A stretch of DNA of 62,765 nt, filler included, from Choristocarpus tenellus KU-1152 (GCA_964200185.2; 11 parts of 11 records of this genome joined end to end with filler, not necessarily neighbours in it); one strand, 5' to 3'. Counted from the first letter of the whole stretch, positions 37,214 to 50,233 are shown. A program made the numbers and translations. The notes: generated by a model from the letters alone, not told the origin.

Positions 37214-40119
37214 CTCTGCCAAACCGGATGCAAGATCAGCAGCAAAGAACTCTCTCTTGTAGGTCCTGACTGTCTCTAGAAAGGGAAGTTTGTTCCACAT
37301 GGAGCGAAGGAGACCTCTTCCCCTGACTTCCTCCTCCTCCCTGCACTGCCTAAGTCTCTGCGAAGTTTTAACCTTTAGTGCCACCAGGTGACGCTTGAGG
37401 TCTGCAGTGATAGAGCGGAATAGGCTTGGCCGCCTGTTACCAAAATAGTTAATAATAATAGTTGATGATAATAGTTAATAATAATAATTGATGATAATAG
37501 TTAATAATAGTTGATGATAATAGTTGATAATAGTTAATAATAATAGTTGATAATAGTTAATAATAATAATTGATGATAATAGTTAATAATAATAGTTGAT
37601 GATAATAGTTAATAATAATACTTAGAAATGTTAGTATATATAATACGCAGCAATAAAGAGTATGATGGTTAGGATTACAGCTAGTTTTTGCTTTTGTTTT
37701 CTGCATAATAGCACTAATTTTACACTAGGGTTAGGGTTAGCGCTAGTAGAAGCAACTCTAATTGAGACTAAAACAAGCATTGAAAACAAAAATTTGTTTT
37801 AATCTGTTCACACTTTAAGGGTTAGGGTTAGGGCTACTACCAATAACTAAAAACATTGACTGCAGGGTCATTCTGACAAAATCAGAAAAGATGAAAGCAA
37901 TAGAGAATTTTAAAACAAGAAAAAAGAACTCCCTACCTCATACACTCATCCTAACTTAGGGTTAGGGACTGGGACTATCAATAGTGCTCAAATGGAACAT
38001 CACCTAACCCTAACCCTAACCCAGATGACATCGATTGCACAATTGGCATACTAAGAAAATTATTGGTATGGTGTTAGTAATATGGTGTAACACCCGCAAG
38101 ATCTGGGTTAGGGTTAGGGTTAGGGTTAGAGTTGGTATCGCTTATTCCACCACAACTAGAATATTTGTGATGATAGAACAAAGAAAGAAAGACACCAATA
38201 ACAGAGTAGCTTTCTGCTATGCATGCATGTACTATTGAAAGCAGGAAAAAGGCAAAATAACCCTAACCCTAACCTGTTAATTTCCTATACAATATTAAAA
38301 CAAAATAAAGTCAACTGACATTTAAATCAACCAGCAACACATAATCACTTAGCTGTCCCACCAGGGAACATTCCATTTTGAAAAGCATGACTCCCTCCAA
38401 CCCTAACCCTACCTCCTCCCATTTTCCTTTCACTAAAGAGAGCTTTATAGTGATTTGAACAAAATCCACCACTACAGAACACAATGAGGTTAAGACACTC
38501 TGGAGTGGCCACTTCACCTTTTTCAAACCAAGTAACATTCACAACAATCAGAACAATGAAACCATCTCTATCATTAACTATATCAACTATCAATACTACT
38601 CTCCTCCTTCACTGCAGTCCCAGCAATCACCACAATTGCTTCAATGTAATTACATCACCCATGCACCACATTATACACCACAATTACTATTGGGTGCAAC
38701 TGTACAGCAAACAATCTAACCCTATCAGAATTCCTACTCCCCCCCTCCCCCCAAAGGCTAACCCTAACCCTAACCCTAACCCTAACCGTAATTATCACTA
38801 ATTAATAGGGTTAGAGTTAGGGTTATATATGTGTTGCAAAATTCCAGTCCATAGGATCCATTGCGGTTCTGAGGCATTAGGGTTAGGGTTAGCCATCCCA
38901 CTATAATAACTCAATCAATAACTGTATCAACATAGACAGGCATGTACTGTGCTGGGTGAACATGAAACACACCATTGCAAACTGTGGTTAGGGCTAGGGC
39001 TAGGGCTAGAGTTGAGTGTATAGCTAGGTATAGGTCTAGTCAATTCTAGTCTATGTGCAAAATGATTATCCACAATAAAACAACAAAAAGCAAGGAACAG
39101 GATAGACTTAGGGTTAGGGTTAGGAGGCCAGAGGTTATCATCATAACCCTAACCCTAACCCTCATTGTAACAAAAAAAAGCCTCTGCCAAATGCCACCCA
39201 CCAGGGTGGAATTACTTCATCTTACTCATCTTTCCTTGTTACTGACACTCTCTCAATTAAAATATTTTCAAACAATTTGAAGTTGTATTTTTTAGTTTCT
39301 CTTCTGAAAAAGAAATCATCCAAAGTAGATTCAAACTTTATACAGCTTCAAAGACAAAAACAAATTCCGAACAATTGCTACAAATATCAGAACAATTGCT
39401 ATTTTTTTGTATTCACTCTCCTGGGGCTGTGTCCACATCCATCAACATACTATTGCAAAAGAGAGTTGACCATTGTGACTGGAGCAAAAAGAACACAAAA
39501 GCACATTCAGGTGTCCTCATTTATAGAGGGTTAGGGTTAGGGTTAGGGTTAGGGTTACAGGTCCAGCACAACTTCAATTGCCAACACACACACACTCACA
39601 AACAGCCAATGACAATGATCCATATATGAATCTATCAAGGAAATATCCTTTTCCAATGATTATATGTATTGCTAGTAATACTATGATCAAGCCAGGGTCA
39701 GGGTTGGGAATGCTAAAGAAATCCCCAAAATCACAGAAGCGATGTGCCCCTACAGTAACTTCCACTTCATTGGGGTTATAAGATTAGGGTTAGGGTTAGG
39801 GTGATGACGAATGGTACAGTCCTGTCCCCTCCCCTCCCAAAAAAATACACCAAAAAATACAAACTCACAGATCCATGGAGGAGTCAGCAGTGCAATGTCC
39901 CTTCTCGATGAAGGCGTTGTGTAGCTGATCGTAGGTCTTGAAGTCATCAGATCTGTGTCCATCCACATCATCCAGCGACTCCAACGTGTCCGACCGCAGT
40001 CGGTTAAATTGGTTAGGGTTAGGGTTAACTATGCTTTGATGACGTCGCCTTGAGACCAACCCATTGCCCCCCCCCCCTGGAGGTGTCTCCATTAAATTTA
40101 AATTTGAACAGGGGTCCAT
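37214..40119 (-). CDS. SLC26/SulP-family sulfate/anion transporter, first two exons
   Basis: Exon 1, 39869-40119 (ATG...CT|GTGAGT, phase 2), joins exon 2, 37214-37433 (CAG|G...LPFLETVRTYKREFFAADLASGLAE|GT), matching the SLC26 N-terminal LP..W...Y....DL.AG motif. The rest of the gene is beyond the contig. Confidence 0.72.
37446..37620. repeat. Compound AAT/GAT low-complexity tandem repeat next to the acceptor site
   Basis: Reiterated TTAATAATAATAGTTGATGATAATAG-type units. Confidence 0.9.
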
Positions 40120-43100
40120 CTTAACCTTCAGTACGTAGGAGTAAAAGGATAAGAGTTAGGATTAGGTTTAGGTTTAGGGGACATGTTGCAATGAACAACG
40201 ATAATGGCAACATGGACGGGGCAGGAGAGGCTACAAACTAGATGAACGCAGATGATTGGCTAGATATCGCATAGGCATTTTCTTATTGGAGGAAATGTGA
40301 AACTAAGTGCAGTGCCTGCTGAGTCTGGTTTTGGCATTGAACTTGTCACAATCTTGTCACAATCTTATTTGAAATAAGGTTGTTTTCAACCTCCAATGGC
40401 GTAGACACTACTGCGACAACGATGGTCCTGCTGGTCATTCCTGGGGAAACACTGCCGCATTCATATTCCAGTCAAAACTTGTAGTATCAGGGTTAGGGTA
40501 CAAATAGTTCAAATTTTAACATTTATGTCGCCCTTTGGTAAAATGTAACTCATCAGGTGTGTGGAGGTTGCCCTATCCATAACCCTGACCTCTCAGTAGC
40601 AAAGAAAAGGGAGTGTGTAGTACTTTGTATTGCATGCTTTGGAGGCCTGACATATCTTGCCACCCACTAAAAATGCACGGTGGTGCTGGTGTACAATATC
40701 AACATACATAGCATGTATCATAGCATATATCGTAGCATTGGTGCATGCAAGTAAACACAAGAAAAAAAAAATGGTGCATTCCACCAGATCATTCCACCAG
40801 ATCTTTTTTATAGATCTAGCCTGCACCCACCACTTGATAAATGCAACCAAGATATTGATCTCAAGAGATAGGGTGGAAGTAAGTACAGGCAGTCCAAGGC
40901 AGCTTCAATCCACAGGAAACCAAGACACACTACCTCATCAGTGAAAAATAGGAAATCAGATAACATCTTGCATCACTGGTGTAGCCTTTTTGCCTATACA
41001 ACACTCATCTGGACAGCAAGAAGATGGGTTAAAATTCAGCTCGACGCAACTCTCAAATACGACACTATCTATAGGCAATGCACCGAACACCAATCACACA
41101 GAGCAGCACAGGATATTCATATAGTAGTAAGTTTTCGGCGAATGAAATCAAGACGGGTTAAGGGCGATAAAGCCACCACCCCCCCCGCAGAGCATTGGTG
41201 ACGTTGGATTTGGGTCTGGGGATGGGGCGGGATGAGTTTGAACCATGTGGTATAGCAATGTGGAATTGATATTTTGTACCTAGGTCGGATGGATGGTGCG
41301 GAGGGGTAGAGGTTCAACCACAACTGACAGTGTTATCATCTCCTAAGTGCAAGAATCCTTCAGTAGTTCGAGTGTTCAAATGATAGAGATTAGGTTGGTC
41401 ACAGCACCACACACAGTTTTGCCCTTTGTGAAAACATTGCTTCGACGTTCCAACCTCAAGGGTGAAGTCCAAAGGAAAGTAATCAAGACCCATTTAGTTC
41501 CTAAGCTCTCGTTCGCACTTGCCTTTTCAAGGCCGCTTCAAAAAACCGAAAATCTCGCGACTCATACCTCAGGTTTCTTATTCTTCACACCTTACCTCAC
41601 TGCCAAAGGAGTCGCTGTCATCACTATCCGACTTGAACGTGTTACCAGAGCCAGAGTCGTTTAGCTGTTGCTGGTTCTCCACATCAAGCCATTCAATCCC
41701 AACAGACTCGGCCGATCTGCAAGGAGGCAAGACCATTTGAAGCACGGGACGGAAGATAAGAGATATTGTCGACTCCAACCAGAAGCATAATTCTTATCGG
41801 GCAGATATAAGCGAACTCTCCGTCTCAGAGATCCTTTGCCCCATGAGATTATAGTAGATAGCGTCTGCTACCTGGCCAGTCCTATCACACTAGAAACAAA
41901 ATAGGAAACGAAATAGGTTACATGATAGATTTAGTACAGCGATGGTACTTTGTTGCAGGCTTCTTGTCCTGCGATTACACCCCTTGCATGTGTGACAGCC
42001 AAGACAAGACGTTTCAAGTTCATCTCTGATATCGTACCCGGATATTGGTGAATTGCCACCAGAAGGAGGAGCATCACCTGGACCCACTGCTGCCATCTCC
42101 ACCTGGGCAGGGCGCCTATTCTGGCCCACCTGCTCTCCTGACGACTTGCCAAGTAGGGGAGTTGGTACCTTCTGTGGTGCGACCAGTACGTTTTCAATGA
42201 CTTTGATTTCAGAATCTTCTTCAAATCTACTTAAACAAAAATTTGGGAGTAATCCTACGTTTACTAAAAAAAACTGTTTAATATCAGTATAAAAAGTGGT
42301 TGATGAATGAGATCATCCTCTGTATAAGAGGGACTGTTTTACTGGTTCGAACCCCATCAATTAGAACTTCGTACTAAACCAAATAATACCTCATCGTTGA
42401 TCCAACATCCATCCATCTGAAAAGGACTTCAGACCCATAGTATCTTACTAGAGAGGGGGGGGTGGGGTTTAGATCATGACTTCCGTTCATTCTGCAGGTC
42501 ACTCAATTCCTTACCGATCAGTCCATGCAGAGAGGTGGAAGAGGAATGTGCATCCTGATGTAGGAAAATCCCCTTAATCTGACACGCGTTCTCTCAGGTA
42601 ATAATCACATACAAACCACTACAGATGACCCGAATGGACACCTGACCCCCCATTAGGATATCATGGACCTCAGAGTGTACATATACACTATTGTAATGAT
42701 ATATCCTACATATTTACCACAAAAATGTTAATCATGGATGAAGGTTTAGCGATTTGGCAGGATTGTTCTGAGAGTGGATACACGGAAATTTGGACAATTT
42801 GGTTTGTGAGTGGATGCGTTGGTGACAGAAATATATTGGGTTGGTAAAAAATGAAGTTGGTGTGGCATTGGAATGAACGGTAAGGAGTGTGAGGTTAAGA
42901 GTGGGTAATTGTTTAATCCAGAATTTGGTGAGCAAAACAAAATATAGATTATTTTTGGAATCCACGACTAATGCAGTACGGTTCTGTTGTGTGCTTGTGT
43001 GCCCTTTTGTAACTTAGAACATAGACGCCAGTGTTCCCCTTGCGAACCACATGCTCCAACTTGCTCGGCATTGGACTTCTTTTTCAAAGGAATCTGAAGT

Positions 43101-43392
43101 CGAAGATCCAAGGTCCAGTTAGATGGATGGCAAAAGATGTGGGTGTGTACCTCCACTATTATTATCCGGTTCGTACCTTCTATTTCCCCCCCCCCCCCCC
43201 CCCCCCTCCTTTTTTTCTTTTCAAACACTCCAAATTAACAAGACAAAAAGACATGGCANNNNNNNNNNNNNNNNNNNNNNNNNNNNNNNNNNNNNNNNNN
43301 NNTTAATTAATTAANNNNNNNNNNNNNNNNNNNNNNNNNNNNNNNNNNNNNNNNNNNNTACTAGCATGCACCCCCCCCTCCCCCTCCCCCAC

Positions 43393-46300
43393 CTTGACGT
43401 TTGCTGCATAGGCATGCTCAACAGGTGCATCCTTCAGGAATGGGAACCGCTCTTGCTGCTCTGCAAGGGAAACCCCTGCATTTATTCGTCTCCCCACAAG
43501 CTTTTCCAGCTCTGATCGGTGGGCTGCAGCAGAGAAGTTTGGATCACTTTTCATCTTGGCCAGCCTATACAAGGGAAGAAATTGAGCAGACAGGCACAAA
43601 CACTACATATTCTCAAGCACATTTCAAAGCATCATCGAAATGAAAAACGTAAAATAGTGTGTGTGTGTGTGTGTGTGTGTTCACAAGGACAACCAAAACA
43701 CTCACAATGTAGACCTACACAGCTGTGTATCGCACGAAAAAACAAGGTCTGAGAATACAAACATGGGCACATAATACAGCAAAGACACAAACGGGATGAA
43801 GTCTGTGAAATCCACATTCCAAGCAGTTCGTCTTTGCATGCACTCTACGTACACCTACCACCTACCGACCATCATGGTACAACAGCATCAGCAATTTGGT
43901 AAGGTTTGACATCTTGATCTGTCATGTCAAAAAGTGTTGACAGCTAGGCATACCATAATATGAAAGGTAGAAGAACGCACCCTCAAACTTGTCCTGATCG
44001 AACACACAGACTCAAAAATATCACCACATAACTTCACAGGTTCCTATTTACACCAGAGCAACCCATCTGCTCATCCAATTCCCACTGGGCTCCCCTTCGT
44101 CCTGTTAGATCCCATCCTCTCAGCACACACGAGCACACACTTAGCATCTTCTGACTGCTAAAGTTGTCACACTACTGATCGTTCCCCTAAAACAACTTTC
44201 CAACACAAACACCATTTTGAAGTGTCTAAATGAGGCATCCACTCTATTGACACACAAACACAATAGATGTGCAAAAGTAGGCCAACCTCACTCACATCTT
44301 GAACCTCTTAACTTCCTGGTCCTCTGCTCCCAATTCCTCTTCCTCCCTCTGTCATGTTTTCAAGAAAGTAGAGGGAGAGTTTCAAGTCCTAGTAAGTCTG
44401 ACACATGTTATTAGAATACCCTGCTGGGTGCATTGATGCAAGCAACCGTGTGAGTAATCCTGAAAATTAAATGAATAATTGATCAGCCCCTTTGGTGCAG
44501 TCTTTGTTCAGGAAGCAGGAGTGAATGGTCTTACAAAAAGGAGAAAACAAGCATTACCTTGTGCCCATAACTTGGGGGGAAGCCTATGGTGCGGGTCATC
44601 TTAATCAGAACACACACACACACACACACACATCCACGAATATAGGCACACTCGCAGCCCCTGCCATAGTGCCATTAGGAGTGAACACTTTGCAAGAACC
44701 TCTCAATCAAAACTTGAATTGGGAGGTACCATGAAAGATCATAGAAGTGTAGATATCTCTACTTGCAGGGGTTGAATTCACTACTTCAAAAAATACAACG
44801 CAACAGCGTGAGGAGTGTGTTTAAGCTCTGTTCATGTTTGCGCCTGTGTCCTCGACGACAATATAAAATAGGACTACACTTTTCAGCAGGCGGAAATCCC
44901 AGACACAACACTGACAGTATCCCTTCCTAACGTCGAAGATATCTGCCGATACTTCACAGTAGTAGATATGAATGTATGAAGTGCGAGCAGAGTCCTGGCA
45001 TACGCAGGATTGGCATATTTGTACTGGCACATAGTGCTCTCCTTTATACAGCTTGGCAACACCTATGGTTCAGATCACCCCTCCCAAAAATTTCAACATC
45101 ACAAATACTCTCAAGTCCAGTCAATACATAAACCTCGCTGTTGGTTAGGGAGTATATTTAGGCAACAGTATTGTTCAAAATTACCCTCAGAGGGAAGTTT
45201 TGCCAACGTTTAAACCCTAACCCTAATGAAAAAGTCTGCGGTGTGGACTTTTCATTATTACTACATTACAAGAAGAAAGTTAAGATTTTGCATGGAGCCA
45301 TAGTTCATACATCGCTCTTCAATTTGGTGCTTAAGGCTATGAATGGACAATTTACCTGCTACACAGACCCCCTCAACAAGACACAGACAACAGGCATCTC
45401 AAACTTGCTATTCTGCTGGCACATTGCTTGTCCCTAACCCTGACTCCCACAAGTCACACCTCCATGCAGAATAACCCTTCCCCTCTGCCTTAAACATAGC
45501 CTCGAGGGAAATTTCACTAAATACAAAGCCCTGAATCCCCAAACCATGGTATATTGTATACACGTGCAATACAGAAAAAATACAGCCAAATGCAGCTAAT
45601 TCAAAGAGCGCGCACAAGGGTATCTCTCATCATTGAGAAGGGAGTTTGACTATAACATTTCTCTTTTAAGCAGATACAGTTCCACACAAACCTGTGCTTC
45701 ACTTCTCACAGCTCTGAAAATGTTCATTGCACCTGCAGTAAGCAAGTGTGTATTCAAAATACAACACTTGGAGTACAAGTCACAACTGTTGCATCTGCGT
45801 CGCGACAGTTGGAAGTGGTTCAACTAAGCCCAACGTCTTCGGTAAATCAAATCTGAGGCCCTGGAGCAGTGCTGATTTTATTTTCCGAAGAGCGATTGCT
45901 CTGAAAATTTGGTCAGCCAGAGAGGTGGTCAGGAGGGGCGGATCGGCGTGTAGTACAAGTACCGTTCAATCCGGTGTGTCACTTAACGAATATGACGTTC
46001 ACATATTCGAATACTACTTACAATAGAAGTAACCGTACAAACGGGGTAGCAAAAGAAGCGCATCTTCTTAGAAGGACCCAATTACTATCGCTTATCGCTG
46101 ACGGAACTAATGAGGGTGTCTCGCGAATGGAGGGTTTTCTCGTCTGTTTTACTGTCCACGAGGAACAACGGTCACAGGTCCATAAAGTGATACACCAACC
46201 ACGGGGGCTCACTCCCTAGCCAAACGAAATTCTCCATTTAGTAACACACACCTGCTGGTAGCCTGGTGGTGGGGCATACATAAAGTTGACGGATGCCGTG

Positions 46301-46782
46301 GCTCCATCCTGCTCCTCCTTAGCCCCTGCCATGTGATTGTAGCGAATGCGATCAGTCTCCCTTACCAACTCCTTGTTGGCTATCTCTTCGTCTTTTCGAC
46401 GTTTAGCATCCTTCTGTTCAGCCTCCCATATTTTCTTTTGGTTCCATGTTGTTGCAGGGTGCCTGCATCCAAAAGATGGGTGAATGTGGCAAAAAAGACC
46501 TGAACAAATAACCTCAACCCACGATGTGCAGTGTTACTTTATCCCATACAACTGCACACGCTATGTACTCCCAATGTCTCTCCACTTAGTCCTTCCCAAA
46601 AATTCTACTTCACAGAGTATTTTCCAAGGTTACAACGTGAATTAGGTTCGTCCCAACAAAAGGTCAAAGTAAAGTGTTGTCCATGTAGTGAGACTACAAA
46701 CGAGAACTCGTAGTCCCGTTGCGTTCCACAAAATAAAGATAACCACTCACCAGGACTTGCAGAAAAGGAATGATAACGACAT
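43393..46782 (-). CDS. CIR1-like (Cir_N domain) corepressor/splicing-associated protein, 5' exons
   Basis: Exons 46751-46782 (MSLSFLFCKSW), 46252-46462 (HPATTWNQKKIWEAEQK...NFMYAPPPG), 44296-44348 and 43393-43564 (RFPFLKDAP). Phases 2, 0, 2 are all consistent. Confidence 0.82.
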
Positions 46783-46962
46783 GATCTGCCCAGCAACGCA
46801 CAGCGTCACCAGACGTTTCTTGCTTTCCCCAATCTCTCTTAACACTTAACCATCTATTCCCCATCTTATTTGATGGGATACTGTTATTACCTGGATGGCG
46901 TGCTGAATGATGGTTTCAACATAATGTTGTATAATATCATCCAACATCAAATCTTACACAAC

Positions 46963-48507
46963 ATGCCACTTTCTTTGTCGAGCTTCCTGGCATTAAGCTT
47001 TCAGTTCTGGCCATTCTTTGCGGTGGCCATACATATTCCCGAAGGTTGGTCGATAAGACAAGATGGATGTGTGGAAAGTCTCTTCGATCCATCAGGCACT
47101 CGATATCCTCTCTTGGCTACGGCTGCACTGGAGGACGCACTTGGCGCGGAAGATGGCCCAATGCATTTTGGGAACGATCACGTCCTAACAGCACCTTTGC
47201 CCATCAAAAATTTGAGGAACGAAGAGGATAATGGTGAGCGTTTTAACTTTGCCGACTTAATTTTCTGAAGGTGCATTAGACAAGGCTGTATGTATCACGG
47301 AAAAACCTCTTGCTGAAAAAATTCTGTGCAATAACTTGCTTCCGTACTTCCTCTGGAAGAGTTTGTTATCACTTCATTCTTATCCCACTTCCAATGTTAG
47401 ATGAGAAAATCTTCGAGTTCGAGGTTGTTGCGGAAGATGGGGCCGTTATCGTCTTGCGCTCTGTTTCTTTATCAGACGTGCACACGAACGTGGCATATGC
47501 GTGCTTTGTCTTGGATCACCCATTGGATAACTGCCCATTGGCAACCACGGTGTGGATAGAGTGGAACAATCATGTTCGTGCCTCAGGATCCAATATGGAG
47601 GTGATAATCTTGCAATTGCCGGGTACTGGTTACAATCTGGAAGCCGCTACACAGCTCGAAGTCATGGCTGGCATGAACATTGCTGCACATGTGGATGAGC
47701 TCATTCGGGCATATCGCCCCCACCAAGGGGCGCTAGTCACAGCTCAAAGGGACTGGGAAACATTTACCCACACCACCATGCAGGAAGTATGTTTGAGTGC
47801 ACTGCGGGAGGGATTCCTGCACCTCATTCATCAGATCCCACCTGTTGTCCACTCTATGGGAATGTTTCAATTCAGCCTTGAACAGGTAAATGCTGTTGGT
47901 ACACTAGGTGCAATTATTGATGTAGTGCCAACTGGTTCTTCCAATAATTTAAGCATTCCTAGTGTGCTGCAGCAGCATAGCGTACAGCGCGAGTACCTTA
48001 AAATTCCATGTGATTCGGTTCGGATGGGAGCACAGTTTCACGAGAAAATTGCACTTCTGCGGATGACTGGTGAAGTGGGCTACATAAATATGCGGAATTT
48101 GCTGAGTGAGCTCTATCCTTTCGTAACCGCTAGTGGATACGTACTTATCGATCATTTGGCCGGAGAATATGCTAGGGAGGCAAGGATTGCCCTAATGGAA
48201 TTTTCTCTTGAGATGGATGTGTTAGATCGTCTGATTCCAACTGCAACAGGGGTGCTTTGGAGAAAAGGTGGATGGGTGGAAATGGAACCAAGGAAAAGTA
48301 CACGGTCTTCATCTAGGATACCGTACAAGACAGGGGTTGCCGTTACAACACATGGCCATAATTTTAGCATGCTAAGAAAAGCATTGGAGTCCGTCCTCAC
48401 CTATGCTCGTCGACCTCTGGAAGTGCTGGTGTTTTGCAATGATCAAGATGTTGAAAAGTGTCAGAGCGAAACTCTCTCCATTGAGAGCACCTACGGTCCT
48501 GATGTTG
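46963..48507 (+). CDS. Predicted secreted protein with a degenerate TylF/macrocin O-methyltransferase-like region followed by the start of a GT2-like domain (5' exons)
   Basis: Exon 46963-47233 (hydrophobic N-terminus) splices in phase 1 to 47401-48507. It contains IALLRMTGE...LYPFVTASGYVLIDH...GVLWRK, then GVAVTTHGHNFSMLRKALESVL...EVLVFCND. Confidence 0.65.
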
Positions 48508-48552
48508 GTGAGGATTACCTCAGGAACAGGTGTATAGGAAAGAAAGAATAAA

Positions 48553-48606
48553 GGGTCAAAGTATCTGGGAGGGGGGAGGGGGTAGTTTGTGAGGGGGCGT
48601 CCGTTT
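48553..48606. mobile_element. MITE family A-related terminus (variant subterminal; inverted partner type at 36044-36090)
   Basis: GGGTCAAAGTATCTGGGAGGGG...TTTGTGAGGGGGCGTCCGTTT is approximately the reverse complement of AAACGGACACCCCCACAAAA...CCAGATACATTGACCC. Confidence 0.7.
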
Positions 48607-49246
48607 NNNNNNNNNNNNNNNNNNNNNNNNNNNNNNNNNNNNNNNNNNNNTTAATTAATTAANNNNNNNNNNNNNNNNNNNNNNNNNNNNNNNNNNNNNN
48701 NNNNNNGGGGGGGGTGCGGGTGGGGGTGGTGGGTGGTGTGTTGGTGCGGGGGGGAGGAGGTAAAGACCTATGTACATTTTTTTTCTCAACGTGAGGGTAT
48801 GTGTGTTAGAGGGGTCTCCAGATTTTTCTTTTTGTGGTAGGTGTTTGTAGGGTATTTATTGTACCTTGATTTGTCGTGTAAATTACAGCAAAATGGATTG
48901 GAGGTTTTCGAATGGTGCGATGACTGCATTTTGGGGGAGTTGTTTTCTTTTTTGCATTGTGTGTTTTCTAGATGATTGCATTGCAATGCGCTTTATTGTA
49001 TTGTATTGTATTGAACCCAAGAATAGTCGATGTTGACTGACTGGCTCGTTAGCTGGGTTTATTTTTGCGTCATGAACGACACCATGGCTAGCAAGCTGTG
49101 CAATCTCTGGTTAAAACACATCTTCGGCTAGAAACATTTTATTCCGACTGCAGCAAAAGGCAAAAAAGGTTTTGTTTTTTTCTATCATCTCTTTTTAAGC
49201 AGCTAGAGTTATTGAAGGGAAGGGGGGGCAGTCTGATGATAGTTTC

Positions 49247-49288
<42 letters not shown>

Positions 49289-50233
49289 GATTTGTGTCTA
49301 GCCTTTGGTGCTATTACCACTATTCTCCTAATTTCAAGCCTTGGGATTTACATGGTATGTTGTTTGAGAGATCGACTGAATCAAAGACAGGGTAGTACCT
49401 GTATAGAGGACACTTACTGGGTGTGAAGCGGAAAGTTTTTTTTTGTTCAAACATACTTCATTTTGTCCTCATCTGGGGAAGAGGCGTTACATTTGTTACC
49501 ACACACTTGATAGATTATTAGTCTTACCTCCTTTCCACGAGTGGTGTGTGTGTGCATGTTAATAGTGGGATTGGATTGATATTATGTGCTGGCATTTCAT
49601 GAATAGGAAGTTTACAGTGTGAGGAGGTTAGTGTCAACGGGCTGGTTGTTGTCGATTTATTTAGCTTTTTTTTCTTTTTGAGTTTGTCACACGGGTCTGT
49701 TTGGGAGGCGGTCATCAGTCGGAATTTATTTCTTATCTGGCTTGTGCCTACTGTGTGTGCATGTCTGTTTGCCATCGATGACACTCAGGTCACCGGTGAT
49801 CCGCGTAAATAAATGTACACCATTTGATCTCGTAACTTGAGCAAAAGACTTACAACGCGAGCTGGGTATCTCACCAGAAACATGTCTCTCTCTCTCTCTT
49901 AAAGCACTTTTGATTAGATCCTCAGGGTCTTTTTGGTTGGACTCTCGGTGTTAGATATCGTTATGTTTTTTTTATGTTTTTCCTCCAGTCTCTTCGGTAG
50001 GTCGGACTACTGCCTCAGTTGTCTATCAGACTGCCTGCCTCGAGCGCTTACATGACCTGAATGTGGGTATGAATTTCTATAAAGGCGGGGTCGGGGCTTT
50101 TGCTCGTCATTGCCCCCACCTGTGACTACTCCCTTTTTTGGACTGTTCCAACTTTTTAGTAAGGACCATAAAAAACTGTGTTGAAAGGGCGGTCTAAACC
50201 GTTCATCTCTGTACCTTTTTTTTGTTCATTTAG

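Larger units (their letters stand above)
36460..40498. repeat. Cluster of about 20 short interstitial telomeric tracts
   Basis: Examples: 36460, 36605, 37064, 37727, 37817, 38003, 38105, 38258, 38758, 38807, 38877, 39108, 39146, 39527, 39784, 40010. Both orientations occur. Confidence 0.9.

Noticed and set aside
23208-39629. Short ORFs rich in VRVRV, LGLGL, LTLTL or NPNPN
   Set aside because: These are translations of intronic TTAGGG tracts. Only the 40010-40028 case lies in a phase-supported exon.
40593-42430. Possible gene or TE on the minus strand
   Set aside because: Open stretches are interrupted by stops, and I recognised no motif or consistent splice chain.
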